Origin: a virus
Virus record (IMG/VR): IMGVR_UViG_3300027816_000098
Location: 2,561 to 66,560 of that record
Reading direction: 5' to 3' (one strand)
DNA: 64,000 nt
Each line of letters starts with the position of its first letter. The first letter of the stretch is position 1. Under the pieces are notes generated by a model. That model was not told the origin of the DNA and did no database searches. It was given only the letters and a program-made list of their open reading frames with translations. This document shows, in pieces, positions 1-10,330 of this stretch. Position numbers and translations under genes: made by a program.

Positions 1-575
1 GCAAGTTTATGCCAGTTATTACTTGAGTACCATCCGATTGCTATAGAGTCAGCAACATCGTCATCTTCAACACTTAAATCAAACTCTATATTTATTTTCT
101 TTATAGTTCTTGCTTTTCTAAATTCTCTTTCTTTTTGTTTATACCAAGAGAATGATTTGTCATGACCGTATAAATCTCTAATAGCCAACTTTTCTTCTTT
201 TTTAAGTTTGCCATTTCCTATCCAATTTTGCCAAGCAACTGGAGAGCAAGATGCTACAACCCTGTTTCCAGAGGTTTGTGCTGATCCTACAATTGCTCCT
301 TGAACTAAAGCCAAGTTCATAGCAGTTTTTTGTGAGTTTGTATATATAGCAGACTCTATAACTATTGCATCTATTTCAAAGTCTTTTAAAAATGGTATTA
401 ATTTTCTGCATGCATCCCCAGCCTTTTCGTATACATGCTTTCCATGAAAATTAATTTTACCAAACTTGTGTAAAACTCCTTCTTTAAATATAGAAAATGC
501 CATAGAGTTAGTTGAAGCATCTATAGCCATAATAGTTTTAGGGTGTCCAATATATAATAGTTTATTCTTTTTCAT
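1..575 (-). CDS. ruvC: RuvC-like Holliday junction resolvase (runs off the window edge)
   Basis: Not in the ORF track. Manual translation from ATG at 575 gives MKKNKLLYIGHPKTIMAIDASTNSMAFSIF...DAIVIES...DDDVADSIAIGWY, containing the RNase H-fold RuvC acidic motifs (AID, IE, DxADS/A). Confidence 0.8.
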   Translation of the reverse strand, partial: MKKNKLLYIGHPKTIMAIDASTNSMAFSIFKEGVLHKFGKINFHGKHVYEKAGDACRKLIPFLKDFEIDAIVIESAIYTNSQKTAMNLALVQGAIVGSAQTSGNRVVASCSPVAWQNWIGNGKLKKEEKLAIRDLYGHDKSFSWYKQKEREFRKARTIKKINIEFDLSVEDDDVADSIAIGWYSSNNWHKL

Positions 576-855
576 AATCAAAATATCCTTTAATTTCTTT
601 CATTAGTTTATCTACCTGTTTATTATTTACAAGGCAACTATCACAAAATTTAGAATCATTATATACGCTTAGCAATGTATTACATCCCCCAGCACATCTT
701 CTTTCTTTTTTAAGCCTAGTTCTAAATTTAGACTGATGATACCTTTGTGATATCTTTTGTTTTGTTGAATTGGTTCTACAGTCGGATGAACAATAGATTT
801 GGTTTCTAATATGAGAATCAAATTCTTTTTCACACCACTGACATACCTTTATCAT
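562..855 (-). CDS. Small Cys-rich (zinc-binding) hypothetical protein
   Basis: CxxC...YCSxxC and C-xxx-C...CxxC motifs; overlaps both neighbours. Confidence 0.7.
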   Translation of the reverse strand: MIKVCQWCEKEFDSHIRNQIYCSSDCRTNSTKQKISQRYHQSKFRTRLKKERRCAGGCNTLLSVYNDSKFCDSCLVNNKQVDKLMKEIKGYFDYEKE

Positions 856-1631
856 TCAAGATCTTTCCTAGACTCAATCTTGATATCGCCCACTGGCTTT
901 GTTTGACATACCTTGAGGAACATGCAGCCTTTACAATCTCTAGAGTTATATTTAACTCTGTATGGATTCTCTGGTAGTTTTCCTTCCTTAAACGCAGCCT
1001 CTACACTTTTCATCCAGTCAAAGAAGTAGTTTACAAAGTCTTTATACTTTTGATTTAGTCTGATAGGGAACATTAACATTTCATGATTGTTTTTATTCTC
1101 ATATATTAATATTCCAAATGCTTGCTTCATAATTTTCATATAGATTAGTAGTTGTTCTATATGGTAATTAGCAGGCTTCTTAGTTCTTTGAAATCCCTCA
1201 TCTGTTTTAGTTTTAATTTCAGTAAGAATATTTTGATCATTCCATTTGATAACAGCATCTGTTTTACCAGATATGGTTGGGTTTTCATATTTTAACTGTG
1301 CTTCTTTTGTTACTAATATGCCAGCATTTTCCATTGCTGTTTCAATTCTTGTGTGTCTGTCTGATCCAGAGTCCATATTAGCAACTTCATACCAAGTATT
1401 AGTATTTTCTGCTTCATTACCCTCAAACCATAGATACCACATTCTAGGGCATTTGCCAGCCCCATACGTTAATCCAGAGGGTGTAAACCCTGTTCTCTTA
1501 GCAAAGTATGGACCTTTTTTATGCTCATACCCGTCATGAATCTTATCTATAATTTCATTTAAATTTATACTGCTTTCATCACTATGTTTCTCATCTTTAG
1601 ACAAAATCTTATTAACTAATTTTTTTGACAT
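852..1631 (-). CDS. Cas4-like PD-(D/E)XK exonuclease
   Basis: CPR motif, GKTD...EIKT nuclease motif, QLLIY, and C-terminal CxxC-x5-C Fe-S ligands. Confidence 0.85.
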   Translation of the reverse strand: MSKKLVNKILSKDEKHSDESSINLNEIIDKIHDGYEHKKGPYFAKRTGFTPSGLTYGAGKCPRMWYLWFEGNEAENTNTWYEVANMDSGSDRHTRIETAMENAGILVTKEAQLKYENPTISGKTDAVIKWNDQNILTEIKTKTDEGFQRTKKPANYHIEQLLIYMKIMKQAFGILIYENKNNHEMLMFPIRLNQKYKDFVNYFFDWMKSVEAAFKEGKLPENPYRVKYNSRDCKGCMFLKVCQTKPVGDIKIESRKDLE

Positions 1632-1942
1632 TAGAATGACCTTACACTATATTTAAGGGCATCAACTAGTTTATCTATTGCTTCTCTTGCAGAGTAGTAT
1701 AGATTCTTTTTTACCCTTTCATCTTTTTTAACATGCGAATACCAAGAGGCAAGCATGCCAAACTTAGCAGAATATGCTTGCAGTTGGGTAATTAGTAGCG
1801 TAGCCTTTTGTGGCGGAATATCTGGATTAGAGATTAACTTAGCAACAACTACAAGTGCATTGGTTAATTCTTCATCTTTCATGTATTCTGATATATCGTT
1901 TAATCCTGTAACCTTGTTTAATATCTCAACTGTTGTTTCCAT
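1631..1942 (-). CDS. Hypothetical alpha-helical phage protein
   Basis: 103-aa ORF translationally coupled within the replication operon. Confidence 0.7.
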   Translation of the reverse strand: METTVEILNKVTGLNDISEYMKDEELTNALVVVAKLISNPDIPPQKATLLITQLQAYSAKFGMLASWYSHVKKDERVKKNLYYSAREAIDKLVDALKYSVRSF

Positions 1943-2228
1943 TGCTCTCTCTCAATTGCTCAAAAACTTGCCATTCTATTATAGCAAGTCTAACCTTTTT
2001 GTTTCCTTCTCCTAAAACTACCATTAATGCTGGATTCTTTTTTCTATCTACCTTCATTGTGTCAGACACAATCTTTGCCCAAGAATCTTGGCTCACAGAA
2101 TATGATTTAGAATATTCTTTGACGTCTACAACAAAATCATCTAGTGATCCGTCAGCCTTAACTGGTCCTCTTCCTGAATTAATGTGTTGCTTGGCACCAA
2201 TACGCTTTAGTTCTCCACGCTCACTCAT
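1926..2228 (-). CDS. Hjc-like PD-(D/E)XK nuclease / resolvase
   Basis: SE...NSGRG...KAD...VDVKE signature typical of small archaeal-type resolvase-like phage proteins. Confidence 0.7.
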   Translation of the reverse strand: MSERGELKRIGAKQHINSGRGPVKADGSLDDFVVDVKEYSKSYSVSQDSWAKIVSDTMKVDRKKNPALMVVLGEGNKKVRLAIIEWQVFEQLRESNGNNS

Positions 2229-2398
2229 TAATATCCCCTTACGTTAAAATTAACTTTAGATAAATGTTTTTCTTGACACATCCAAGTTAACTCCTGTTTT
2301 TCTTTGTACATTCTTGCTGTTGCAACTATTGCTTTACATGTATGGCAAATAAACTTACCATTGTATAAAGAATATCTATACGTTGATGGCTGATTCAA
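2228..2398 (-). CDS. Small zinc-ribbon protein (56 aa; not in ORF track)
   Basis: TTG start; MNQPSTYRYSLYNGKFICHTCKAIVATARMYKEKQELTWMCQEKHLSKVNFNVRGY with CxxC...CxxxH. Its stop overlaps the next ATG (TAATG) and it fills the gap exactly. Confidence 0.65.
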   Translation of the reverse strand: MNQPSTYRYSLYNGKFICHTCKAIVATARMYKEKQELTWMCQEKHLSKVNFNVRGY

Positions 2399-3386
2399 GT
2401 TCTTTTAGTTTCTCTGGATTTTCTTTTAGGTATTCAATTACTTTTGCTCTGCCCTGTAGTCTTTCACCCAAAACTGTATACCAAGCACCACCCTTTTCGA
2501 TGATACCTAGAAGTTCTGCAGTATCTACAAGATCTGCTGTCTTATCAACACCTGTCATGCTTCCACCAAAATAAAAGTCATATGATCCACTTAAAAATGC
2601 TGGACCAGTTTTATTAAAGTCAACGTGCCAGTTTACAACACGTCCAACCTTTTCTTCAATAAGTTTATCTCCAACCTGTATCTTTCCTTTAATTGCTTGG
2701 TTTTCTGATTCGCTAGACCACAACTTAATAACTGTGCTAGAAAAGAACTTAACTGCTTGACCACCTGTTGGAACATGCGATGCATACATGGCACCGATAT
2801 TGTTTCTTTGTTGTGAAATTAAAACTAATAATGTTTGATTTTCTTGATTGTTAGCATAGTTAAGCATCTTGACTGCATTGGTCATATCTCTTGCTTCAGC
2901 ACCAATCTGCTTAGTATTTTCTAACTGCTTTAATTCAGTAGAATCTTTTTCAAAGTAAATTGCTGGAAGCAGTGCAGAGATAGAGTCTACAATTAATACA
3001 TCTACTTTTGCTTTCATTAATTGTGTAGCAACATCGACCATATCATTAATAGTTCTTGCTTCTGAATAGATTAATTTATCTGTATCTACCCCTAGTTTTG
3101 TAGCCCACTCTGGATCAAATGATTGCTCAGCGTCAATCCAAGCACACACCTTACCTTCTTTTTGTGCTTCACCAATCATCTGTAAACAGAATGATGATTT
3201 ACCTGCTGATTTATTTCCCCAAATTAATATCTGTCTACCATAACCAACTCCACCCTTTAGTGCATTATTAAGACTGATGCTGGGTGTTTTTTGTTTTTTA
3301 ACTTCTACTTCTGTAGCATTGCTTACTCTTTTTCTTAATTCAGGATCTAACTGAGATAAGAAGTCTTCTATTTCTATTGTTTTCAT
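2376..3386 (-). CDS. recA: RecA/UvsX-like recombinase
   Basis: Walker A GNKSAGKS, WIDAE, Walker B IVDS, TGGQAVKF and GGAWY motifs. Confidence 0.95.
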   Translation of the reverse strand: MKTIEIEDFLSQLDPELRKRVSNATEVEVKKQKTPSISLNNALKGGVGYGRQILIWGNKSAGKSSFCLQMIGEAQKEGKVCAWIDAEQSFDPEWATKLGVDTDKLIYSEARTINDMVDVATQLMKAKVDVLIVDSISALLPAIYFEKDSTELKQLENTKQIGAEARDMTNAVKMLNYANNQENQTLLVLISQQRNNIGAMYASHVPTGGQAVKFFSSTVIKLWSSESENQAIKGKIQVGDKLIEEKVGRVVNWHVDFNKTGPAFLSGSYDFYFGGSMTGVDKTADLVDTAELLGIIEKGGAWYTVLGERLQGRAKVIEYLKENPEKLKELESAINV

Positions 3387-3398
3387 ATACCTATCTTT

Positions 3399-6300
3399 CT
3401 AGTTTGCCATTACTTCTCGTAATATTTCTGTTCCATCTTTTGATGTTTCAAAGGTCATTTTCTTAGCCTTGCCTGGCTCACACTTCATAAAGCCTTCTGA
3501 ATATTTTGTAGGAAATATAACAATAGATTTCATGTCTCTACTTGTATCTGCAACGATCATATTGGCCATCTTTTTTCCTGCTTTTGTTGTTCTTGACTTA
3601 AATGATACCACATAGTACTCTTCTCCGCTATATGGTAAAGTTTTATAGTTTAAGAATTTAATTAATGGATTAGATAGCGAATCTTTTATATCATCTATTG
3701 TTACTGCTTCCATAATTCTATTATTAGCAACAGCAATAATATAAGTTTTTCCCGCTTCAATCTTTGTTTCTTCGTCATCAAATACTCCAAGAAGACCAGT
3801 TGAATCCATAATTTCTACACGAGACCAGCCCTTACCTCTTTTAATATTTTTAATAACACCCATCAATATATACACACCAGTTTCTTCAAAGTCTTCTATC
3901 TCGTCTATATAAGCATAGTAGTGTTGTGGTACTGTTGTTTTAAATTCGGGAAGGTTTAAATACTCGTATAAACTTTCTCTTATCTTTTTTTCATCTCTAG
4001 GATTATCCGTAAAGGTTAATGCACCTACAGCATCAAGTGCTGCTAGTGATCTTGAATTAACCCCACTTCCTTTTGTAAATACAAAATCATAAAATTCTTG
4101 ATATGAATTAAATGGTCTTCTTGCCATAATCTTAGAAGATATATTGTCTGATATCCATTTGATAGCAGATAATCCTATTCTTATTCCATTACCCTCGATC
4201 TTAAAATCACTATCTGACTCATTAATGTGGGGTAGTTTTAAGGCTATGCCCATTCTTTTTGCTTCAATCAAGTATTCTGTTCTAGCATCTTTATCTTGTT
4301 CATTCTTTAATAATGAATACATAAACTCGATGCCATAATAATATTTTAACCATGCTGTCCAATATGAAAGCATTGAGTATGCAACAGCATGAGACTTATT
4401 AAATGAGTACCCTGCGTGAGCCTCAAAATCATGCCATAGTCCCTCTGCTTTGAATGGAGTAATATGTTTTGATGCACCAGTCACAAACTTGTCTTTAAAT
4501 TCGTCAAATTCTTTTGCATCCTTTTTCTTACCAATAATTTTACGAACCTTGTCTGCTTCGGCCATACTCATTCCACCCAAGCCAACACATGCCTGCATAA
4601 CTTGTTCTTGGTATAAAACACATCCATAAGTATCTTTAGTAAACTTTTGCATAATAGGATGTATATGCTCAGTTATTTCTCTACCATGTTTTCTAGCAAG
4701 ATATGACTTACCAATTGTATTCATAGCACCTGGTCTTACAAGAGCATTGGAGGCTGCAAGTTCATCTAAGTTACTTACACCCATCTTTACCAACAAGTTT
4801 GTGTATGGTGTTGCTTCACACTGAAACACTCCTTTAGTTCTTCCATCTGAAAGCATCTCATACACTTTTGGATCATCTAAAGGTATTTCTTTTAACTTAA
4901 TATTAATCTTATGTCTTTTCTTAATTATTTTTAAGGTATCATCAATAACAGTTAAGGTTTTTAATCCAAGAACATCTAGTTTGATCAATCCAATATCTGC
5001 TGCCTCTTCCATATCAACTGCTACTACTGGAATTCTTTCCTTGCTTCCTGGGGCTGATCTTGTTTCTAATGGTGCATACTTAAAGATTGGTTCTTTTGCT
5101 GTTACAACACCAGCAGCGTGAATACCAGTACCACGAATACGACCACGAAGTTGTTCACCGTATCTGACTACGTCTGGATATTTTAATCTAAACCACTGTG
5201 CATTTTTGCTTGTAATAAAATCGTCCCAGTCGTCTACTGTTTTTAAAACTTTATTTACTTCTGATAGTGGTATATTAAATGCTCTAGAAACATCTCTTAC
5301 AATACCCTTACCTTTAAACATTAAGAATGTTGCAATGGACGCTACGTTTTTATACTGTGATTCAAGATAAGACTTAACTTCATCTCTTCTACTATCTGCG
5401 ATGTCCGAATCAATATCTGGAAAGTCATTACGTTCTGGATTGATAAATCTAAAAAATAGCAATCCATACTCTAATGGGTCAACATCTGTGATTCCAAGTA
5501 CGTAACAAATTAATGATCCCGCTGCAGAACCTCGACCAGGTCCAACCAAGATTCCTTGTTCCTTAGCCCAGTTAAGCATATTAGATACAATTAAAAAGTA
5601 TGAAGAAAAGTTTTTATCTCTAATAATATCTAACTCTTCTTGCATTCTTTCTCTATATTCTGGCTTATTATATAATCCTTTTTGTTCCATACCTTTTAAT
5701 ACTAGGTCAACTAAACCTTGATGTGGATCATCAATTTTTGCAGGTAGTAAGTCTAAGCCGCTAACAATCTCATATTCTTCTACTTTGTTTGCAATTTCAA
5801 TAGTGTTAGTATAAATGTCTTCTCTTTTTATACCTTGCATACTCATTGCTTGCTTCATTTCTTCATATGAAAGTAAGTGAATATCAAATGATCTAAATGA
5901 CATAAATCTATCTTCACCGTATAGGTAATCAAGACGCTTCATAACATCATCTATCTTTTGAGACTTTTCAAACTTAGCATCTTTAGTTAATTTTGCATGT
6001 GTATTTAAAAGAAGCATAATTTCTTGAATAACCTTTTGATCTGTGCTGGCGTGGTGGCAATCAGGTGTTACTACTGATTTAATATCCATACTATCAGCCA
6101 AAGCAAGTAATTCATTGTTAAGTTCTTTTGAGTTATGTGGCATCACTTCAACATAAAAATCATCTTTAAATGTATCCTTAAACCATTTCAAAAGTCTTTT
6201 TGCTTCTGCATACTCATTGAACTCTAAAGCCTTAGCAATGAGGCCAGACATACATGCTGATAAAACTATTAATCCATCTTTATATTTTTCTAATAATTCA

Positions 6301-6680
6301 AAATCTATTCTAGGCTTGCTGTAGTATCCCTCTGTCCAAGCCAGTTCATTCAATCTATTTAAATTTTCTAAGCCCTGTTGATTCTTTGCAAGTATAACTA
6401 TATGATTATAAATTAAATCTAGGGGATTTCCAAGTCTTTCTTTCTTATCTCTTTTATCAAATCTATCATGAGTAATATAACCTTCTATACCAAGAATTGG
6501 TTTTATACCCTCCGCCTTTGCTGCACGATACATTGGTCTGTGACCAGATAATGCACCATGATCAGTAATGGCTATGGCTTGCATGCCTATATTTTTTGCA
6601 CGCTTGCAGTACTCTTCTGGAGTTGCAACACCATCCATTAATGAATAGTGTGTATGCACGTGTAAAGGAACGTAGTTCAA
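3399..6680 (-). CDS. dnaE: DNA polymerase III alpha subunit (family C)
   Basis: PHP domain HVHTHYSLMDG/TDHG, GRGSAAGS, PDIDSD catalytic motif, YSFNKSH; no intein visible. Confidence 0.97.
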   Translation of the reverse strand: MNYVPLHVHTHYSLMDGVATPEEYCKRAKNIGMQAIAITDHGALSGHRPMYRAAKAEGIKPILGIEGYITHDRFDKRDKKERLGNPLDLIYNHIVILAKNQQGLENLNRLNELAWTEGYYSKPRIDFELLEKYKDGLIVLSACMSGLIAKALEFNEYAEAKRLLKWFKDTFKDDFYVEVMPHNSKELNNELLALADSMDIKSVVTPDCHHASTDQKVIQEIMLLLNTHAKLTKDAKFEKSQKIDDVMKRLDYLYGEDRFMSFRSFDIHLLSYEEMKQAMSMQGIKREDIYTNTIEIANKVEEYEIVSGLDLLPAKIDDPHQGLVDLVLKGMEQKGLYNKPEYRERMQEELDIIRDKNFSSYFLIVSNMLNWAKEQGILVGPGRGSAAGSLICYVLGITDVDPLEYGLLFFRFINPERNDFPDIDSDIADSRRDEVKSYLESQYKNVASIATFLMFKGKGIVRDVSRAFNIPLSEVNKVLKTVDDWDDFITSKNAQWFRLKYPDVVRYGEQLRGRIRGTGIHAAGVVTAKEPIFKYAPLETRSAPGSKERIPVVAVDMEEAADIGLIKLDVLGLKTLTVIDDTLKIIKKRHKINIKLKEIPLDDPKVYEMLSDGRTKGVFQCEATPYTNLLVKMGVSNLDELAASNALVRPGAMNTIGKSYLARKHGREITEHIHPIMQKFTKDTYGCVLYQEQVMQACVGLGGMSMAEADKVRKIIGKKKDAKEFDEFKDKFVTGASKHITPFKAEGLWHDFEAHAGYSFNKSHAVAYSMLSYWTAWLKYYYGIEFMYSLLKNEQDKDARTEYLIEAKRMGIALKLPHINESDSDFKIEGNGIRIGLSAIKWISDNISSKIMARRPFNSYQEFYDFVFTKGSGVNSRSLAALDAVGALTFTDNPRDEKKIRESLYEYLNLPEFKTTVPQHYYAYIDEIEDFEETGVYILMGVIKNIKRGKGWSRVEIMDSTGLLGVFDDEETKIEAGKTYIIAVANNRIMEAVTIDDIKDSLSNPLIKFLNYKTLPYSGEEYYVVSFKSRTTKAGKKMANMIVADTSRDMKSIVIFPTKYSEGFMKCEPGKAKKMTFETSKDGTEILREVMAN

Positions 6681-6698
6681 ACCATAGCCTTTCTGATA

Positions 6699-7349
6699 TT
6701 ACCAGTCGACCGATGTTGATGTTGCTTGATTGCTGAATCCAATATAAAAATTTTCTTGTTCAGCATAAGGAACTTCTCTAACAACTCTTTCAAGGTTAGG
6801 AAATTCAAATGATCCCCAGTTAAATGGTTCAGCATCTTGTTTCATTGGAAGTAGAACATAATTTGTTTCTGTTCCCTTTCCATTTCTTTTTAGTTTCCAA
6901 ACCATATTTGAAATACTTGTTGAGTCTGCAGCATATTCTCTAATTGTATTGAATGTTGCAGTTTTGCTTACACCCATACTCCAAACTGCTACATGTGGTG
7001 CATCGATTCCATTGTCAACTAAAACGTTGCAATAAAATCTTAAACGTGCTCTCCAACCACTCTTTGGTTCTTTGCGAAACATTTCACAACCAAAACAACG
7101 ACCTTGAGTATCTGCAGTACAAACTGCTTTTCTTTTATAGTCATCTGGATTTGAATGTTCACTTACAACAATAGCAAGACCACGCTTTTCATCATAGTGA
7201 GGTGAGTCTGCATCTAATTCGCTAACGAATCTTATTTGAGCACTTTGCCCATCATCTAACTTAAGCCACGTTACCTTTTCGCCTGAAATGTTTAATTTAG
7301 GCTTATCAATAACGGCCTCAATGTTTTTTAGACCTTTTATAATTGACAT
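6699..7349 (-). CDS. Single-stranded DNA-binding protein (gp32-like)
   Basis: Located between primase and DnaE; C...CxxC zinc site, KRNGKGTETNY motif and acidic-aromatic C-terminus (VDW). Confidence 0.75.
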   Translation of the reverse strand: MSIIKGLKNIEAVIDKPKLNISGEKVTWLKLDDGQSAQIRFVSELDADSPHYDEKRGLAIVVSEHSNPDDYKRKAVCTADTQGRCFGCEMFRKEPKSGWRARLRFYCNVLVDNGIDAPHVAVWSMGVSKTATFNTIREYAADSTSISNMVWKLKRNGKGTETNYVLLPMKQDAEPFNWGSFEFPNLERVVREVPYAEQENFYIGFSNQATSTSVDW

Positions 7350-7387
7350 ATTTCTCCTTAGTATTTACTCTGTATATGAGCGTTATA

Positions 7388-8341
7388 TCATTGTAGCATA
7401 GAAGACACTATGTCGTCAAATTTATCTACAAACTTTTTTAAGTCATTGTCTGATAAATCGGACACATCTTTTATGCCTTCTGGTAAAGATGGTGCTATGC
7501 ATCCACTTCCAAAATAACTTATCATTTTTTTAGACATGTTTTTGCCAGCCTCATCATTATCACCCAAGACAACAACTTGATTAAAGTATTGCTTAAGTAA
7601 TTTTCTTTGTTCTTTTGATATAGTTGCACCAAGAGTTGCTACTGCATGAACACCTACTTGTTCAAGTCTAATGGCATCAAATGATGACTCTACAACAAAA
7701 ACTTTATCGTATCTTTTTGCTCTTTGCAAATTAAACAAGGTTTTGCTTTTAGGTAATCCAGGAGTATTTTTAAACACCTTACCCTCTATGGATCTACCAA
7801 CAAATCCTAAACATAAACCTTCTGGAGAATATACTGGAATAGTTACCATGTCTTGCTTTTCGGAGTATCCAAGTTTATATTTGATAACACTATCTTTATA
7901 TATGTTTCTATTTTTATAGTAAGACATAGCCTTTGAACTTTCAAATACATTTTTATGCAATCTTTCTATAACTTCTAAATCATATTCTTGAAAATCTATT
8001 TTTTTATCTAATGTTTCTTGTAGTGCTTCAACTAAGTTTTTATTATCAGACTTAGAATCTATAAGCCTTGCTGCTTCAAAGTATGATCTTCCAGAAGCCT
8101 GCATAACTACTTCTGTTAACTCTTTCGTTTCTTGACAAGCAAAACAATAAAACATACCATTTGTTTTGTGAACTTCTGCAGCGGGTGTTCTTGAGTTATT
8201 ATGAAATGGGCAAAATATAATAAAGTCTATATCTACTTCTGATACTATATCTATGCCAGAGGCTAGGAGACTTCTTCTGATTTGATTTTCTGTATAATAG
8301 TTGATCGTATTGTCGTATTCTTGTCTATTCCTAGTATGCAT
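7388..8341 (-). CDS. dnaG: DNA primase (zinc finger + TOPRIM)
   Basis: CPFH...CFAC zinc finger, VVESSFDA, DNDEAG and KDVSD TOPRIM motifs. Confidence 0.93.
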   Translation of the reverse strand: MHTRNRQEYDNTINYYTENQIRRSLLASGIDIVSEVDIDFIIFCPFHNNSRTPAAEVHKTNGMFYCFACQETKELTEVVMQASGRSYFEAARLIDSKSDNKNLVEALQETLDKKIDFQEYDLEVIERLHKNVFESSKAMSYYKNRNIYKDSVIKYKLGYSEKQDMVTIPVYSPEGLCLGFVGRSIEGKVFKNTPGLPKSKTLFNLQRAKRYDKVFVVESSFDAIRLEQVGVHAVATLGATISKEQRKLLKQYFNQVVVLGDNDEAGKNMSKKMISYFGSGCIAPSLPEGIKDVSDLSDNDLKKFVDKFDDIVSSMLQ

Positions 8342-8577
8342 TTTGCATTCTCTTTTCCAACATATACTCCGTAAACTGATAACTTAAAATCAAATGTCTT
8401 TCCATTATAACTTACTGTAAAGTCTGTGTCAATATCGTATCTAGGAACATAGCCTTTATTCCTCATTCCACTTATGACCATGAATATGTATTGGTCTTTT
8501 AATCTTGATATAAAAGACTCATCAAAGATTTCACCCTCTAGGCAAAATCGATGAATCTTTTTATGGCTATATGACAT
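8263..8577 (-). CDS. Hypothetical protein
   Basis: 104-aa ORF with TGATATAAT ending 6 nt upstream of the ATG. Confidence 0.7.
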   Translation of the reverse strand: MSYSHKKIHRFCLEGEIFDESFISRLKDQYIFMVISGMRNKGYVPRYDIDTDFTVSYNGKTFDFKLSVYGVYVGKENAKCILGIDKNTTIRSTIIQKIKSEEVS

Positions 8578-8599
8578 ACCATAATTATATCAACGATAT

Positions 8600-9838
8600 T
8601 TAAGAGGATGGCTCATTATCTTTATACATAAATCTTCCAGAGTCAAAGTCTATATCAATCATAAACTCTCCACAAAAACCATGTCTATTCTTTCTAAAAA
8701 CACACTCTAATATGCTACTACCTTGTGCTCTACCTAATGCTAATACCCAATCAGCATCGTAAGCCAACTGCCTTGACCAAGCAACCTGACCTAGTGATGG
8801 GACGGTGAACATATCTGTGGCATCATCTGGGGTAGCAGAAGCAATAGCAACAATAGGAACCTGTTCACTAATTGCTAATATTTTTAATTCTCTAGATATA
8901 TTTTTAATCTTTACTACTTCATTATCAGTATAATTGTTTGACTGCATTAATTGAATATAATCAACAAAGACTATATCAGGAGAGTATTGATCTATCTTAC
9001 CCCTCAAAACTGATGGAGAAACCTCTCCAAGCCCATCGTTAGAAACAATGTGAAACGATGGCTTATTATCTAAATGTGTTTTACTCCAATTTCTAAAAGA
9101 GTCTGTATCTAAAACACCAGAACTTAATTTTCTATGAGACCACATTCCTTGTCCCATAATTGTATAAGCACGATTACGAACTTCTGACTCTGTCATTTCT
9201 AATGAGATGAATAGCGGCTTTCTTCCGTTTTTCCATGCTTGAACAGCCATAAATAACGCGAGCCAAGACTTACCAATAGCAGGATAGGCAAGAAGAATGC
9301 CAAACTGACCAGGAGTAATACCCGCTGGAAGATAGTTATCAAAACCTGCAAGACCTGTTTGTATACCATGAATACCCTTTTCGTGTAATTCTTTTATTCT
9401 ATCAAAATGTGCAATAGCATCTTCTACGTCTACTGCATCTATATCTCTTATCTCTGCAGTTATTCTTTTTAGATCGGAGGTTTTAGAAATAATGCTGTTT
9501 AATGCATCTACTGGCTCATTAGTTTTTAATTTATTAGCAGTATCCATTAAGATACTACTTAGACTATTTTGTAGGTGACTTACCCTAAGTTCTTCAAGGT
9601 GATGCTTTGTGCTACCTATCTCACCTTGTGGATCAAAGTCTCTAAACTTTTCTACCACCAAATTAATTGACGGAACTACAGAGTTTTGTTCTTGATAGTT
9701 CCTAACAAATTCCCAAACATCTTTGTGTGTTTTAAACAAAGAGTCTGGATTAGATTGTAATAGTATGTGTATCTGTTTATCTTTTAATACCGCAGAAAGT
9801 ACTTTTCCTTCTAGGTCTGCTGACACTACTTTAACCAA
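8600..9838 (-). CDS. dnaB: Replicative DNA helicase (DnaB family)
   Basis: Walker A AYPAIGKS, SLEM, FVDYIQLM, DAD and KNRHG motifs. Confidence 0.95.
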   Translation of the reverse strand: MVKVVSADLEGKVLSAVLKDKQIHILLQSNPDSLFKTHKDVWEFVRNYQEQNSVVPSINLVVEKFRDFDPQGEIGSTKHHLEELRVSHLQNSLSSILMDTANKLKTNEPVDALNSIISKTSDLKRITAEIRDIDAVDVEDAIAHFDRIKELHEKGIHGIQTGLAGFDNYLPAGITPGQFGILLAYPAIGKSWLALFMAVQAWKNGRKPLFISLEMTESEVRNRAYTIMGQGMWSHRKLSSGVLDTDSFRNWSKTHLDNKPSFHIVSNDGLGEVSPSVLRGKIDQYSPDIVFVDYIQLMQSNNYTDNEVVKIKNISRELKILAISEQVPIVAIASATPDDATDMFTVPSLGQVAWSRQLAYDADWVLALGRAQGSSILECVFRKNRHGFCGEFMIDIDFDSGRFMYKDNEPSS

Positions 9839-10128
9839 TCTTTCGCTTGTTCTTTTAGTAACTGTCTTATTCTATCATCTTCTTTTCTATTTTGCAAATT
9901 TTTGTATAGTTTATCTGCATTGTTTGCAAACCACTTCCAAGAAGGTGTTTCTGATATTCTAAAATAATAGTCTAACATTTCATAGCACATATCTAGGGTA
10001 TAGGATTCAATTAATGAATCTGCAGCCCACTGTTCTACATATATGTTAATATTGCTATCTATATTTTTTTCAATAGCAAGTTTTTTATATCTTGTAAGTA
10101 ATGCATGTCTTAACTGCTTTTGTGCCAC
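9826..10128 (-). CDS. Hypothetical protein (possible helicase accessory)
   Basis: 100-aa ORF directly upstream of and overlapping dnaB. Confidence 0.65.
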   Translation of the reverse strand: MAQKQLRHALLTRYKKLAIEKNIDSNINIYVEQWAADSLIESYTLDMCYEMLDYYFRISETPSWKWFANNADKLYKNLQNRKEDDRIRQLLKEQAKDWLK

Positions 10129-10328
10129 TACTCTAGTTCTTTCTTAGCATCCTCAATCTTGGTCAATAGTTTGCCTTCAATGAATGAGTATACTCTTTCC
10201 ATTGCTGCATCTTCATTCTCTCCTTCACGAAGAAAATCTGTACATCCTAGATCTAATCTTAGACTTTGAAAATTTCCTAAGTTTAGTGTATAACCCAAGG
10301 TTACTGATACTGTTGTTTTGTCTGACAT
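10128..10328 (-). CDS. Hypothetical protein
   Basis: TLNLGNFQSLRLD motif common in phage proteins; likely start MSDK at 10328 (track start 10352). Confidence 0.7.
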   Translation of the reverse strand: MSDKTTVSVTLGYTLNLGNFQSLRLDLGCTDFLREGENEDAAMERVYSFIEGKLLTKIEDAKKELE

Positions 10329-10330
10329 AT

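Noticed and set aside
852-1631. CRISPR-Cas system suggested by the Cas4-like gene
   Set aside because: No other cas genes or repeat-spacer array seen; solo Cas4-like nucleases are common in phage recombination modules.
3399-6680. Intein or intron in dnaE, nrdJ, recA or dnaB
   Set aside because: Lengths are normal and no splicing or homing-endonuclease motifs are seen.
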